Below, piece after piece: positions 49,035 to 61,584 of a stretch of DNA of 64,000 nucleotides; within the stretch, counting starts at the first letter, position 1; the number at the start of each line of letters is the position of its first letter. Both the position numbers and the translations under genes were made by a program. A model generated the notes under the pieces. It was not told where the DNA came from, did no database searches, and worked only from the letters and a program-made list of their open reading frames with translations. Source of the stretch: Camelus ferus (Eukaryota); assembly GCF_009834535.1 (NCBI RefSeq), contig NC_045696.1, forward strand, positions 68,264,001-68,328,000, read 5' to 3'.

Positions 49035-49440
49035 GCCAGGTCTTCATAGAATAGGAAGGAGGGGAGCTGAGATTTGAAAAAGAGTGAAATGTCAGCAGAT
49101 AAGGACAAGGGCATTTCAGACAGACAGGGCAGCATGTGCAAAGGCAGGCTGGTGTGAACTGCAGGAAACATTCAGGAATTCATGGGTAATTCGGGGCTGT
49201 TCTGCTGGGGAAAGATCACTGAGCTTCTGTAATACCTGGCCAAGGACTTGAGAGAGTGGTGTAGGGAAAGTGATCTGATGAATTTTGCAGTTTAGCAGTA
49301 ACACTCTGGAGGCAGTACAGAGAACTGTAAAGGAGGGTGGGCCTTAGATAAGGAGACTGGTTAAGATACCACTGCCGCAGGAGAAGCAAATGCTGACCTC
49401 TGGTTAACGACAGGGTGTCTGAGAGCGGAAATTTAGTCTT
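49035..49440 (-). mobile_element. L2 fragment
   Basis: GGGCATTTCAGACAGACAGGGCAGCATGTGCAAAGGCA..CTCTGGAGGCAGT. Confidence 0.75.
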
Positions 49441-49769
49441 TACACATGATCTTCACAACCAGTTTGGTACCGATATTTATGGAAGTAGGCAGGCCTCCAG
49501 GCCTAAAGGAGCAAATGGCCACTAAATATATGACTCAGACAGCTCTGCCTAAAGAAACCTCCACCTCCAGGGCCTCAGCGCCTGAAATCTCCCATTTGAA
49601 ATATTTCTTTTAGATCTCAGGGACTTAGAATTGGATTAAGCATAATCCTTTTTCCATGTATGGCATCACTGTGTTTACTTCCTTAGTTTTAATCTAAGGT
49701 AACAAGCATTTGTAAATGACCCTTCAGTGTGAAAGCTCGGACTTCAACAGTAGCTTGACCACATCTTCC

Positions 49770-51544
49770 CCTGTGGTCTTCCCCAACTCAGCCCCTGGCA
49801 CCCCCTCCCAGAGTAACCACCATCATGCATCTTGTGTTCCTCATCCCTTTACTTCCCTTTTGAAATAGTTTTACCTCACCTATATATATTCTTTCAAAAG
49901 TATATTTGATTAGTGTTCTTAACATTATAAAAAGGACATCATGCACAAATAGTTTTGATAGTTTTACTTTTTAATTAATATTATATTGTGAAGACTCGTC
50001 CATACTGTCGCTTCTTGTATTCATTTATTTTGAATGTGCCATAGCTCATTCATCCTCTATTGATGGTAATTTTTTGTTTGTTAATTTGTACAGTAGTGCA
50101 ATGAACATTCTCAATCTGCCTTTTCTAGTGTACATATGCAGAGTTTCTTTTAAATATAGTCATAGGAGTAGAATTGCTGAGTTATAGAGTCCATAAAGTT
50201 CAATTTTATAAGATATTATCAAATTGCTTTTCTAAGTGGTTTACAAACTCCCAGTTTTAACCGTGACTAATCTTCTCACCAAGAACAGCTATGGAAATTG
50301 GTCCCAAAATCAAATCATCTGAGAATAATGGTAATTTTACTTCCTCATTTTCAATTGTTAAGTCTCTTATTTTGCTTATCTTATTGTACTAGCAATATTA
50401 GCTGGTAAATTATGCTTACAGATCTTCTAATGTTAAGACTGTCCTCATAGCCGAGGAAAGCCTAGTGTGGTGTATGGTCACTTTAATGCCCTTTGGACTT
50501 GATTTACTAAAAATTTTTTTAAGGATTTTTACATTTATAGCAATAACTGGCATAGCTATGTAATTATCCTTTCTCAGGTTTTTCCTTGTTTTGGTATAAA
50601 GGTTGTGATATTCATATTATCTGATAATACTGTATTTTGTTCTATTTGCCAGATTAATCCGTTTTAATCCTTTCATTTCCATCTATTGCTTATGTGTTGC
50701 TTTAGAATGTGTCTGGTGAATAACAAATAACTGGGTTTTGGGTTTTTTATTTGGCAAATTAGCTCATTTTTATCTGTGGAAGTTATCCTAATATCTTAAT
50801 ACATGGATTACTTTATTTTTTCTACTTTATTAGTTTTTTTTCAATTTGTCACACTTTTTTCCATGTTTTGTACGTTTTGTTCACTGTTTTAAAGTTGGCC
50901 CTCTTTTCTCTCATATTAGCCAAGGACATTAACATACTCTAATGTCCCTCGGTCTTTGCCTGCTCCATCATATTGAGTTCATCTAGACGTCTCATTCTTG
51001 GTGTTCATGGACATGTTTTTCCTTTCTCTTTTCTTTGGTCTCAGTTATTTTTTAAGACCAAGACAAACTTTACAAAGATATTTTACCACCTTTTCTTCAC
51101 ATATTTCTTCCATCATCCCTTAAATTGGTTTCTATTTATGTAAAAATGTATTTTAAAATGTTTCACATATGGGTCTTTGTGCGGCAAACACTCAGAGACT
51201 CTGTATGTCTTGGAGTATTTTTATCATGTCTTCACATTTGAATGAAGGTTTAGCTGGATATGAAATTCTGTACTTGCACTCTTGCATACTGCTTAAAAAT
51301 CTGATATCAATATTCTTCTTCTTCTGTTTTGTTGTTGTTTTTGTTGTTGTTGTTTTGATAAGAGATCCTCTTTCTTTCTCTGGAAGTTTTTCACAATTTT
51401 ACCTTACTTTGAAATACTTAAATTTCAACATAATTTATGTCTAGTGGTTCCTATTAATCTCAGGGTTTTTTTTTTAATCTTTCCATAATTCTGTGGGAAT
51501 TGTCTCCATTATTCATTCAAATATTTCCTCCTCTTCATTTGGAT

Positions 51545-51575
<31 letters not shown>

Positions 51576-51950
51576 GTTTTATATTTTTTAATTAATTTTC
51601 TGCTAAGAAGAATTCCTAAACCTGATCTCCGAGTTTACTGATTCATTCCTCAGGCAAAATCCATTCTACTAATTACCATTTATTGTGTTATTTCAACTAT
51701 CATATATTCATACTTAACATTTCTGCTTGATTCTTTTTATGATTCTTTGTTTTCTTTATGTATTGCTAATATCATTCCTTATTCTTTAAATATAAAAAAT
51801 TAAATAAATTCTTTAAAATATATGTAAATTCTTGATCTGTCAGTTCTAGTACCTCTGGTTCCTATGGAATCTGTAACTCAGTTTGTTGTTTTACTTTGGA
51901 AATATTAGTGCTTCTTTTCTCGCCCATGAACTCCCATTCCTCTGGGGTTA
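49770..51950 (-). mobile_element. Degraded antisense L1ME/HAL1-type LINE fragments
   Basis: CCCAGAGTAACCAC, TAGGAGTAGAATTGCTGAGTTATAG (3'UTR); TTCACATTTGAATGAAGGTTTAGCTGGATATGAAATTCT (ORF1 region); T-rich throughout. Confidence 0.7.
51545..51572. repeat. (TA)14 microsatellite
   Basis: Directly visible. Confidence 0.95.
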
Positions 51951-52744
51951 TGGGCTACTTCGTCCAGCAGTGATGATGGAGGAAGGGCTGAAGATCAGAA
52001 CTCCATCTATGTCAGCATCAGTGTGTTCAGGTTAAGGGTTAAGGATGGAGGTTACGAAGTGGAGGATTCCAGGCATCCGAAAACCAAAGCTACTTATTCC
52101 TCACCCTACCAAACAGCTCCTTAGATGTGTTCTTTACTTTAGGAAGAACTAGCACCTTGAAGAGGAGATTCTAGTCCACCAACCCTGGGGGTTTAGAAGG
52201 AGAGGATGGGGTAGTGACCACCTGACCAGTCAATCTTAATATATTTTCCTCACCTCCACTCAGGCACAGGGCTTCTCTGCTGCCCTGCTTTTACACCTAA
52301 AGCACGCTTCCTCAACAAGTCTAAGCTCCAGCCCTGTCTGTCCCAGGGCAATCAGAGTTAGGGGATGAAGACCCTAAGAATCAACAGCTCCTTTCTTGTT
52401 TTATTCTGCATAGCAGCATGGATACCCTGTCCTTAGGTTAGGACCATTCCAGACGCATGTACATGCCAAATAAAAACAGCTTCTGCCTCTCCAGGAAGTT
52501 TTTACAATTTTCTCTGCAACTTCCTGTTTTTCCCCTGTGCTTCCTCACAGTTGATCTACAAGGAAAGGCACCAGTATATCAGGCTAGGTCAGCATCGTCT
52601 TAGGAACCCCTCTTGTCTTTCCTCCTTAAAGGTTATACACTCTCCTTCCCATTCTGCATTCCTTTATGGTTTAGATGCCCCTGGGATGGCAGTACACTGC
52701 ACACTGGTGCGAGTGGGCGCACTGGATGGGTGCGTCCCTTGACT

Positions 52745-52950
52745 GGAAGAGGCAGAATGTGGGAGAAGTCCGGGCTGGGCTCGTGTTCTCATTCAGTCAT
52801 TGACTTGCTGTGCGGACATAGGCAAGGCATTTCACTTCTCTGAGGCTCCGTGCCCTCTTCTGAAACGTGAAGTTAATAATAACACTGACCTTACTGGGTA
52901 GAAACAGGACTCATGTGAGACATTGGATGTGAAAGGGCTTTGTAAACTGA
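52745..52950 (+). mobile_element. MIR SINE
   Basis: GACTTGCTGTGCGGACATAGGCAAG..CTTCTCTGAGGCTCCGT..GGATGTGAAAGGGCTTTGTAAACTG. Confidence 0.85.
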
Positions 52951-53599
52951 TTTAACTGATTATCTGGAGGCAGGGAAAAGAGTTTAGAGCTGGGCAAAAA
53001 TTCACTTGCACAACCTGAGAATTTTACTAAGTGTTGGCCCTGCTAAAAAAGCCTGACGCAACTGAACATTCTCTTATTATAGAAAATGACGAATCTGTGT
53101 TTGATGCCAGAGTTGTCACATTCTTCCAAGAGTGCAGACTTTTATGGGCACCTGGAAGCTCTGCCGGGGACTATTTCTGAGGACGGGAACATTGTGCCTT
53201 GTTGGCAAGGCTTGTTAAACCGAGGCCACTTGTGGTCATTGAAGAATCTGGGTCTGCCTTTGCCACAGTGGGGGCGAGGTCTCAGACCCTGTCCTCTGAT
53301 GTTTGCCAGTTTGGATACACAGCTTCTGCTGAACTTGCTTGGTGAGGGTCTTTTTCCAGTCTAATTAGGGGAGTGAGAAGTCGGAGAAGAGGATGGAGCA
53401 GGTCCAAATCAAAGACAAGTAGCAGAGGTAGAAACGAATAAGAATAATGTGTTCTCTCTGGGAATTTACACAAGGACAAAGCTAATGAGACTTTGTTTTC
53501 AATTACTTAAAATGTAATCTGTCATTGAAAAGATGATGTAATGACTTTAAAACCGAAAACAAGCCAGAATCCTACAACATATTCATTTATTTGTATTTT

Positions 53600-54165
53600 G
53601 CACTTTCTTGTCTATTTCTTGTCGTCATTAAAATGCATGCATAATGCACATTTCATTTTGTGGCCTGATTGTTTAAAAAATTATATAATAGGCATTTTTT
53701 TTAAGTTTGCATTTTAATAATAATACAATATACTTTTTGATACTGCTTTATCATTAATAAAGCCACTCCTTTACTTTGGGACATTTGGGCTGTCTTCAGT
53801 TTTTTTGTTTTTCATTTGTTTGCTTTTTTGCTATTATAGTGAAAGCTGTCAGAGACACCTTTGTGTATTTTGCATATTTTGCTTTTTGTTGTTGCTGCTG
53901 AATTCTTATCGTTGCATGGATTCTAAAATTCCTACATTTGGGATGATTGGAGAAATATGCCGAGGCATTTTAACTCTCGTTACTGTTTTTTTAAAAAAGT
54001 ATTAATTTAAAATGCCACTAGCCGATTTAACCACAGCTCTTTCAAGCATTGATTGTTTGCTTAAAATTTTTTCCTACTTTAATATATTAAAAACAGTGCT
54101 TCAAATTTGTTTTCATTTGTACTTCTCTGCTTAACAGCAAAGTTTAATGTTTTCCATGTGCTTTT
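53600..54165 (-). mobile_element. Old L1 (L1ME4-type) 3' fragment
   Basis: TTGGGACATTTGGGCTGTCTTCAGTTTTTTG..GCTATTATAG..TTGTTTTCATTTGTACTTCT. Confidence 0.7.
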
Positions 54166-54334
54166 GTTTTTGTCTAGATTGTGTTATTAAAATTAAAAAT
54201 AAGCTGCCATAAATTTCCAGAATTTTTTGAAACCCCCCCGAAAATGCCCCTTAAAATACTTCCTAAGGAACTTAAATTTCCAAATTAATCAGATATAATT
54301 AATCAAAGAAAAGTGTCAATTTGTCTTTCCTTTA

Positions 54335-54610
54335 GCTGGTTAAGTGCTTTTTATGCGTAATTCAAGTCTGTCAGGAATATTTTAAAGGATATTGAAAGTA
54401 AGACTTGGACATTACCTCCCCAAAGTTTACATTTCAGGACAGCTATTATCATATGACTGAAACAGATTAGAAAATTGTTAAATGCGGTAAGGAAAGAAGA
54501 GAACAAGAGTTACAGGGATTCAAAGAATGGGGAGATTTCTAGCTTTAGTGATGGGATGGGAGGAGTGAGAGAAGGCGTCTCAGAAAAATTGCATCTGAGC
54601 TGAATGAGCA
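54335..54610 (-). mobile_element. L2 fragment
   Basis: AAGTAAGACTTGGACATTACCTCCCAAAGTTTACATT..GAGAAGGCGTCTCAGAAAAATTGCATCTGAGCTG. Confidence 0.65.
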
Positions 54611-54922
54611 GCATCTAAGATAGTGCCTATTTCGGGGCAGTGGAGGAAGTATGTTGGTGAGAACATTTTGCCCATCTTACATGAGGGAGCTCCTGAGATT
54701 TCAACTAGGCCTTCTAAGTTACAGCTACTCGTCTTCATATGAGTAGATGGAGTTAGACAGGGATGACCAATCCATAGCCACTAGGTCACATGAAAGGGTT
54801 TCCACCAAAGTTTATTTTTAAAAACAAACATAAGGAAAATAAAAAGTGGCCAGTTTTGATTGTCTCCAATATATTAAATTTATATTGTACATTTTGCAAG
54901 GCCTAAAATTGGCAATGAAGAT

Positions 54923-55135
54923 CAATGCTTCCCAACCCCTTCCATGCCACAGCACACAAAGAAACTGACAGTGTTTCTTTGTTATACTGGGGTAAACAGA
55001 CTACTTGCTATCAGAGACAACTGCCTCACAACCTGGCTGTTCCAGGTCCTGTTGACAGTCCAGAAGGCTGCAAGAAAGGATCAACTTCTGGGCACTCTTG
55101 GAACCCACCGGGCAAACATCACATGGGAAATTCTG
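54923..55135 (+). mobile_element. hAT-Charlie (Charlie15a-like) element
   Basis: Ends CAATGCTTCCCAACC and TGGGAAATTCTG; internal GCACACAAAGAAACTGA..ACTGGGGTAAAC. Confidence 0.65.
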
Positions 55136-55741
55136 CAGGTAATTAAATATGGTTAATAAAAACAGTTGCAGATTTATTCTGCATGATAAATACTCAGTGA
55201 ATTAGGCAATGAGATTGGTAAAGAAAAAAAAAGAAAGAAAAACTATATGGTCCTTGATTTGTCTGACCTTGACCAGGCTTTCTACTATGGGCTAGAGAAA
55301 TTTTCAGTATTACATAGAAAATAGCATAATTAAATCCTGGAATTTTGACCATCTGTGTGTCGGATACATTTCTTTTGAGTTATCTTCCAAAGAGCAAGTC
55401 TCCACTAGCACTTTTCTTTTGTTTAACCCCAACACAGGTCATCTCAATAACTGATTAGAAAAGTAGAACCTCTTGGTTGGAAGATATCTTTAAGGGGCCT
55501 CTAGTCCACTCTTCTTTCCAATGAAACAGTCCCTTCTATAGTTTCCCAGGTAAGTCACTGACACTAACTGTCCAAGCTTGAAAAGCATGCAGAGACAGGA
55601 AATTTATCTATATATAGGCTATATTATGGGTCTGGCTGATGAGATTAATATTTTGCATTTACCTAGAGGTCTCATTCTTGTGAGTTCAAAACATGGTATC
55701 AACTAATGTTTATATCCCAAGCAGGTAGAAAGGTAACGGAT

Positions 55742-55744
<3 letters not shown>

Positions 55745-55772
<28 letters not shown>
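55745..55772. repeat. T28 homopolymer
   Basis: Counted directly. Confidence 0.97.
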
Positions 55773-56364
55773 AGGATCTCCATTCAATTTATAGAGCAAT
55801 TCAATCTAAGTATTTGTTTATGTAATTAAACGCTGTTTTTCTCTAGAAACTGTTTCGACTAGACAGAGTTCATTGATCATTCAAGGAGTCAATAGTTTAG
55901 AAGTTGAGAGGTTAGGAAACAATTTAAAAGATGGCCTTGGCATGATAGAAAAAAATTATTTCTATGAATATTAATTTAAAAAAAAAAAGCTACACAATTG
56001 GGTACAGTGCTCTTGTGGAAAAATTCCTGAAAATCTTTGGTGTACCACCATTCTTCTTCTTATATTAAAAATTCTAGCAGCTGTGCTTTTCTTCTAAATT
56101 AAGAAAATAAAGCAATATCATGAGCTAATGCCACATTAAAGTGGCGTGTTTCAACACTTCGATGTCATATGTTGCCAAAATTGGGTTTCCCAGGAGTCCT
56201 GGCTCACCCCACTCTTCTTGGAGGCAGATGTCGGAGTGGTCACTCCAGGCCAGGGAAGTCAGCATTTCTTGGTTCTCCTTCCAGATTGTGGTGAGGCCCT
56301 GGATACACTTTATCCCACCTCAGTTTCTCTGGTGAGGCCCTTTGCCATGGAAAGGGGTTGTGGT

Positions 56365-56530
56365 CAAACGGAAATATTTGAAGGATTGCCATGTGGATGA
56401 GGGATTTAGCCTATTCTGCTTGGTCCCAGAGGATAGAAATATGACCAAGAAGATGGTAACTGCTGCAGAGAGATGGATTTGGACTCAACATTAAAATGAA
56501 CTCTAAGAAAAAAACAGAACTCCTTAACAC
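56365..56530 (+). mobile_element. L3/CR1 fragment
   Basis: AAATATTTGAAGGATTGCCATGTGGATGAGGGATTTAGCCTATTCTGCTTGGTCCCAGAGGATAGAA closely matches L3. Confidence 0.85.
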
Positions 56531-56554
56531 TACCTCTAACTAGGACAAATACCT

Positions 56555-56765
56555 CAATTGAGCTATTTAATTTAATTCTTTCAAACAACCCATCAAGTAA
56601 GTATTACTAATTTTTACAGACTAGGAAACTGAGACTCAGAGAGAGTAAGTTACTTGACTAAGTTCCCACCACTACAAAGTGTGTCAGAACTGAGACCTGG
56701 ATTAAGCCGAGACTCAACCTGATCAGTTTATGGAATTAGCTCATGTAATTAACCACTGAGTTATA
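56555..56765 (-). mobile_element. MIR SINE
   Basis: TTTTACAGACTAGGAAACTGAGACTCAGAGAGAGTAAGTTACTTG. Confidence 0.9.
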
Positions 56766-56820
56766 GTTCCTTAGAGAAAATGAAGTAGGAAAAAGATTTC
56801 TCAAAGTCAAACATTATTTA

Positions 56821-56939
56821 GGGGGTTTCCAGTCAAGATGGCAGAGTAAAAGGACCATGAACTCACCTCCTCTCACAATCACAACAAAACCACAACTGAC
56901 TGCTAAACAACCATCGATGCAAAAGGACTGGAACCTGGC
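56821..56939 (+). mobile_element. Isolated L1 5'-terminal (5'UTR) retrocopy with TSD and no poly(A)
   Basis: GGGGGTTTCCAGTCAAGATGGCAGAGT..AACTCACCTCCTCTCAC..GACTGGAACCT resembles the cetartiodactyl L1 5' end; flanked by AAAGTCAAACATTATTTA (56803-56820) and AAAATCAAACATTATTTA (56940-56957). Confidence 0.8.
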
Positions 56940-57179
56940 AAAATCAAACATTATTTACCAAGCAATATGTTACTATGGGACTTGTGAATGATCAAGATGG
57001 GCCTAAAGTCTGAATGAAGGCAAAGATTTAGGATTGGAGGTGGGAACACCTGCCGAGGCAAGACATCTACAAGTACGACTGTAATCGTCCTGGGGAAACC
57101 CAGCCGTTTTGCTGGAGACAGATCCAAAGATATAGCTGGTGAGTTGGCCACTGATGGTTTTCAGGCTTCTGTTAAATAA

Positions 57180-57370
57180 GGGAACTTTCAGCTTTCCTTT
57201 GAAAAGCCTTCTAATAAATAGAACTGCCCCAGATGGAACCGGCTGCTTTGGGAGATACTGAGACCCTTGCTCCTGGAGATGTTCAGATGCAGCCTGGGTG
57301 GGTTGATGCTGAGATGGACGAAGATCTAGATGTAAAGACCACCAGGTCACTTCCAGTCCAGAGAGTCTGT
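57180..57370 (+). mobile_element. L3/CR1 3' end
   Basis: ATGGAACCGGCTGCTTTGGGAG..CTGGAGATGTTCAGATGCAGCCTGG..AGGTCACTTCCAGTCCAGAGAGTCTGT. Confidence 0.8.
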
Positions 57371-58029
57371 AGTGTCCTCTGAGCAGGGTGTCTGATCTAA
57401 AACATTAACAAAAGGAAGATAAAGGGAACCCATTTGGAGGAATTAGAGAAGATCAAGGTCTATAACTTACTCAGATTTCTACATATTTCTGTACATGCAG
57501 TCAGGACTAAAGCCATGACTTGCTCCAAAGGATTCCCAGGTGAAAATGGGCAAAGTTAGCCACATGCTCTACGTTTTGAAGAGAGAGTCCCAGGCAGTGG
57601 AAGAAGGACTCTTCCTGCTCCACCCCTGTCAAGGAAGAGGAGGGAAAATCCTCCTTTCATGACCTTGTAGAAGAGTGAACATTTATGACTTAAAACCAGG
57701 GAGGTATAGAAAAAGGAAGTAATTTTCCCAGGGTTCCTCAGCAAAACAAAGTCAGTCTCTACCTAGGCACCCAGGTCTACCAACCCCCAAGCTTGTAAAG
57801 ATTCCCTGAGCAGCTAAGCCTGCCCACCTCCATTCTTAGTGAGACTGCTGTTTGTCCCAGGCTGTGAGCTCTGTGAGGGCTTAGCCCTCACACCCATCCC
57901 TCAGCTTTAACCCCTGCATCCCCAATGATGGCTCCTCCATCCCTCCTTGGAACCCCAACCAACTTTCCTGATCTGATTTCCATGCTGCTCATTTGCCAAG
58001 CTAAGGTACTCGGCTGACTGAAAAGTACC

Positions 58030-58410
58030 AGGTAGAAATGGAAAGCGTCTCTGAGATCATCTAATTTAAATCTGGCATTTTGCAGATGAGAAAACAGAAA
58101 GTCAGAGAGAAGTAAGTCCCAGTCACTGATCAACATCGTGCAAAGTGCCATGCTTGGCGCTGGAGGTGCCAGGGGCTGGCACAGCCTGTGGACACCTGGC
58201 CTCTGCTCCCTGGGAGGACGCAGAGCTGGGAGTGGGAGGGGCTTGGTGGCTGAGCATGAGAAGCAGGAGTCAGGATTGATTCCTGGGTACCGCTGGGGTT
58301 TTAAAATGCTGATTGACAGGCAGATGTTGAATCTTTTCTGGGCTTCAGTTTCTCCAATGATACCACTAGAAAGTGAATATTTTCCACGTTTTTCAGGGCT
58401 GGGGCAGTGA
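58030..58410. mobile_element. MIR3 (-, ~58030-58170) and MIR3 fragment (+, ~58325-58410)
   Basis: GAGATCATCTAATTTAAA..CATTTTGCAGATGAGAAAACAGA; CTGGGCTTCAGTTTCTCCA. Confidence 0.75.
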
Positions 58411-58964
58411 TGGCAGGAGTGTCCTGGGGGAACTTTGGAGAGGGCCCCAGAAGAACTGGAGGCATTGTGGTATGTTCGGGATGGCTCTGCGGGGTGTCCT
58501 GGCCATGAGTTCATCTTATCCATTCAGAGAGGGCCTGGGGAGATCCTGGGTGGGGGGACGGGAGGAAAACTCCATATTCCCACTGTTTACAGACTTGATG
58601 TTGCAGTAAGCAAAACAGATTTGGCCTAGTGCATGCCATATCAAAGGGACACTCCCTGAGTGAGTCACTTCCTTTGGGGAAACTCCCTTCACCTGGACTT
58701 ACTCCTGGAGGGCAGGGACCTCAGCTCTGGCTGCTCTGGGTACAGTGTTCAGCCCATTCTGGGCACTAGCCACACTGTCTGTAGCATGTGTTTTCTTCCC
58801 ACAAGGAGCTTCTTAGAGTAAGGATAGACTGGCTATTGCTCCATTTTGTCAGATTACAAAAGTGTGCACTCATCCACTCTTTTGCAAAGGGTTAGAAGTC
58901 TGTCCTGATGGTTAGCAGGGCGGCTGCAGCTTCAAGAAGGGTCTCCAGCACCCTGGAGCAGAGG

Positions 58965-59700
58965 AAGAATATTTAGCGGGAGTCAGGACGCTTACATCTG
59001 AGTACTGGGTCTGTGCTGGGAGAACTTAGGTGAGTCATATACATCTGTACATAGCCCTGGAGGGCTTAAAAATCTCACACTTACATGATTTTATATAGTC
59101 TTTACAACAGCCTTCTGTACATGCCATGATTTCACCATTCCATCCCATTTTATAGAAAAAGAAAGTGAGTCTTGGGGAGTTTAAGGGACTTCAGGGTCTC
59201 AGGGGCACACGGCAGGGCTGCAGTTGGATACGTCTTACCAACATCAGGGCTTCTTTCCACAAATGTTCATTTTATAACCTAGGCCCTGGATTTCCTTTCT
59301 GGAAACAAGGGCATTGGACAGTCTCTACAGTTTGGCCCAGTTCTGACGTTCTGTGGTCCTGTGGGTTGGGGCATGGGCATTTTCTTTCTAACACTGTGTC
59401 CCTGGCACTCACGTTTAAGATGATACTTCCAGGCTGTGAGATGGAGAGAGACATCAAAGGGAAAGGTGACAGGAGCACCATTGCCTTCGGTGGGTGGGGC
59501 CATGGTGTGAGAAGGGGACTGGCTTGGAGCCAGACCAAGGCAGCTTGAAATCTTGACTCCTCCATCTATCAGCACTGAGACTTTGAACCAATCACTGAAT
59601 CTCCTGGCACCTCTACTTCCTCTCTTGAGGTTTCAAATGGAGGCAATGACACTGATATTGCAGGTGGATGAATATGAAGATCACATGAAATTGTTTCAAA
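58965..59700. mobile_element. MIR cluster: + MIR3 (58965-59040, 59275-59355) split by - MIR (59075-59260); + MIR (59500-59700)
   Basis: CATCCCATTTTATAGAAAAAGAAAGTGAG; GGACAGTCTCTACAGTTTGGCCCAGTTCTGACGTTCTGTG; GGCTTGGAGCCAGAC..GAGACTTTGAACCAATCACTGAATCTC. Confidence 0.7.
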
Positions 59701-61584
59701 AAGGTTGATACCCTTATTACCTGTCAGGTAGGTAGTGGTGCTTATTTAATGTTAATTTCCTTTTTTCCACTTTTGTCTGGTGGAAGTGAATATTGAGCTT
59801 ATTGTCAACAACGAGGATTTGTTTAATTTCTGGTGGTTGTGATGGTATAGGCTGTATCTCCTGGAAAAGGCTTGAGACCACTGGCCCACCTGTCAATTGG
59901 CAGGCACCCGGGGGCAAAAGAGAAAAAATCTGTGTTATCTGGCTGGAGGTGAGAGTGAACGGACACAATCAGAAGTGCCCCTGCCTGTGAAAGATAATTT
60001 TAGGGACCAATGTTTACCTTAGATCATGTAAAATTATTCACATTACCCCAAAATATATCCATAATTTACTTTGCTATTAAAACAGTGTTTAAAATGGTAC
60101 CTGACATGGAGCAAATGCATTTGTTAACCAAGTGAATTCATTTTTGAATGAAAAAATAATGTTTCAAAGTGTTTACCATCGGGTAAAATTGATGTTCCAG
60201 GAAGCTGCGTCGTAGCTGACTGTGGCCCCCAGGATCTGGCTGCAAAGCCCTGCCCACCCAGCCAGAGGAACACGAGCCCTGCAGAGACGCAGGCTTTCAT
60301 TCTACTAGCTGAGAAACCTGGATTCACGTCTGTAAAGCAATATGCTGAGTTAGTCTAAAACGCAGGTCTCCTGAGCCACACCCCAGCTCATCCAACTGAA
60401 ACGTACAACTCTCCATCCTCACACTGCGAGATCTTCAAGCTTTTGGCTTCTCTGCATCTGCTCCTTCAGTCCCTCCACACAGTACTGAGAGGCCAGGTTA
60501 AACTTGCCAGGACTGTGCTTCACTGGAGCTGTGTTTCACAATTTTGACAAACACTCTGTTTGACCACGTTTGTTTTCAGAATCCCCAGTCCTAACTGTTT
60601 GAATACTTGTGAAGGGCTTTATGATGATTTTGATTAAGTCTTCCATTTGTGTCTCAAGAGTATTTAAGTAAGGAGCATTTGGGGGCTTGTGAGAAAAATT
60701 CCAAACCTGGCCTTCTTTTGAGGGGAGAAATTGAGATCCAGAGGGAAGAGAGCTTCTCGGCCAACAGCAGTCCCTAGAATGGCGATCTGAGCTCTCTGAC
60801 TGTGTCCCTTTCAGGGACCTGCAGCTGACGGGTTTGCCTGCTTGGTCATGGTCTCCCTGAAGCCTCATCAGGGAAATCTTCCAGACAGAGACATCCAGTT
60901 TTGCTAACCTAGCTGCCACCTTTCCCAAGATCTCCTCTTCTCACCATCCCAAACATTTCCTTTTTCTTCTTTTCACCCCCGCCCCTCAATCTCTTCCTCT
61001 GCCCAACATTTCCCTGGCTGTCAGGACTTGTTTCCTGTCAGTTGCCTCTCCCTAAGCCTCGATCCACCCCGGTGCAGTATCCCTGACAAAACAATGTGTT
61101 GTGGTGATGCAACAGCCCGAGATGTCAAAGCAATTAGGTAATTACAGCAGGGAAGGTCAGGGTTTCTTCAGTCCGGAAAGACAAACAGGCACACAAAGAG
61201 GAAAGCTACACAAAGGAAGCTGATTTCACATCCCTGGTCTCTCCCCTGCCCCTCGGCCATGATCCCAAAGCCTTTATACCTACAATGGATCCTCTCAGGG
61301 CACCGGGCTAAGAACCTGCCTGACTTCGAAGGTGTGGCAAGTTTGAACACCAAGGAACAGAACATCTTCTAGGTTTCAACACATCCCTTGTTTTTGTCTA
61401 CCCTGTTTGTTTTTACATCAGCCCCACCCTAAGCTCCTACTGCTGCAATGGTCCCAGTAGTGGCTCAATGCCATGGATGGGACGTTGCTCAAAGGGGACC
61501 GTGGGTGCAGAGAGCAGAGCTCCTCCCAGGAAACCAAGCCCCGAAGGTCTCCTTCCCTTGGCGCTTATGTGTCCATTAGGTCAA

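Noticed and set aside
55745..55776. T28 followed by AG as a splice acceptor or retro-tail
   Set aside because: No TSD, element body or downstream exon evident.
57888..58523. 211-aa minus-strand ORF
   Set aside because: Overlaps MIR3 fragments (IIGETEAQ, FSHLQN are MIR-derived peptides); no protein similarity recognised.
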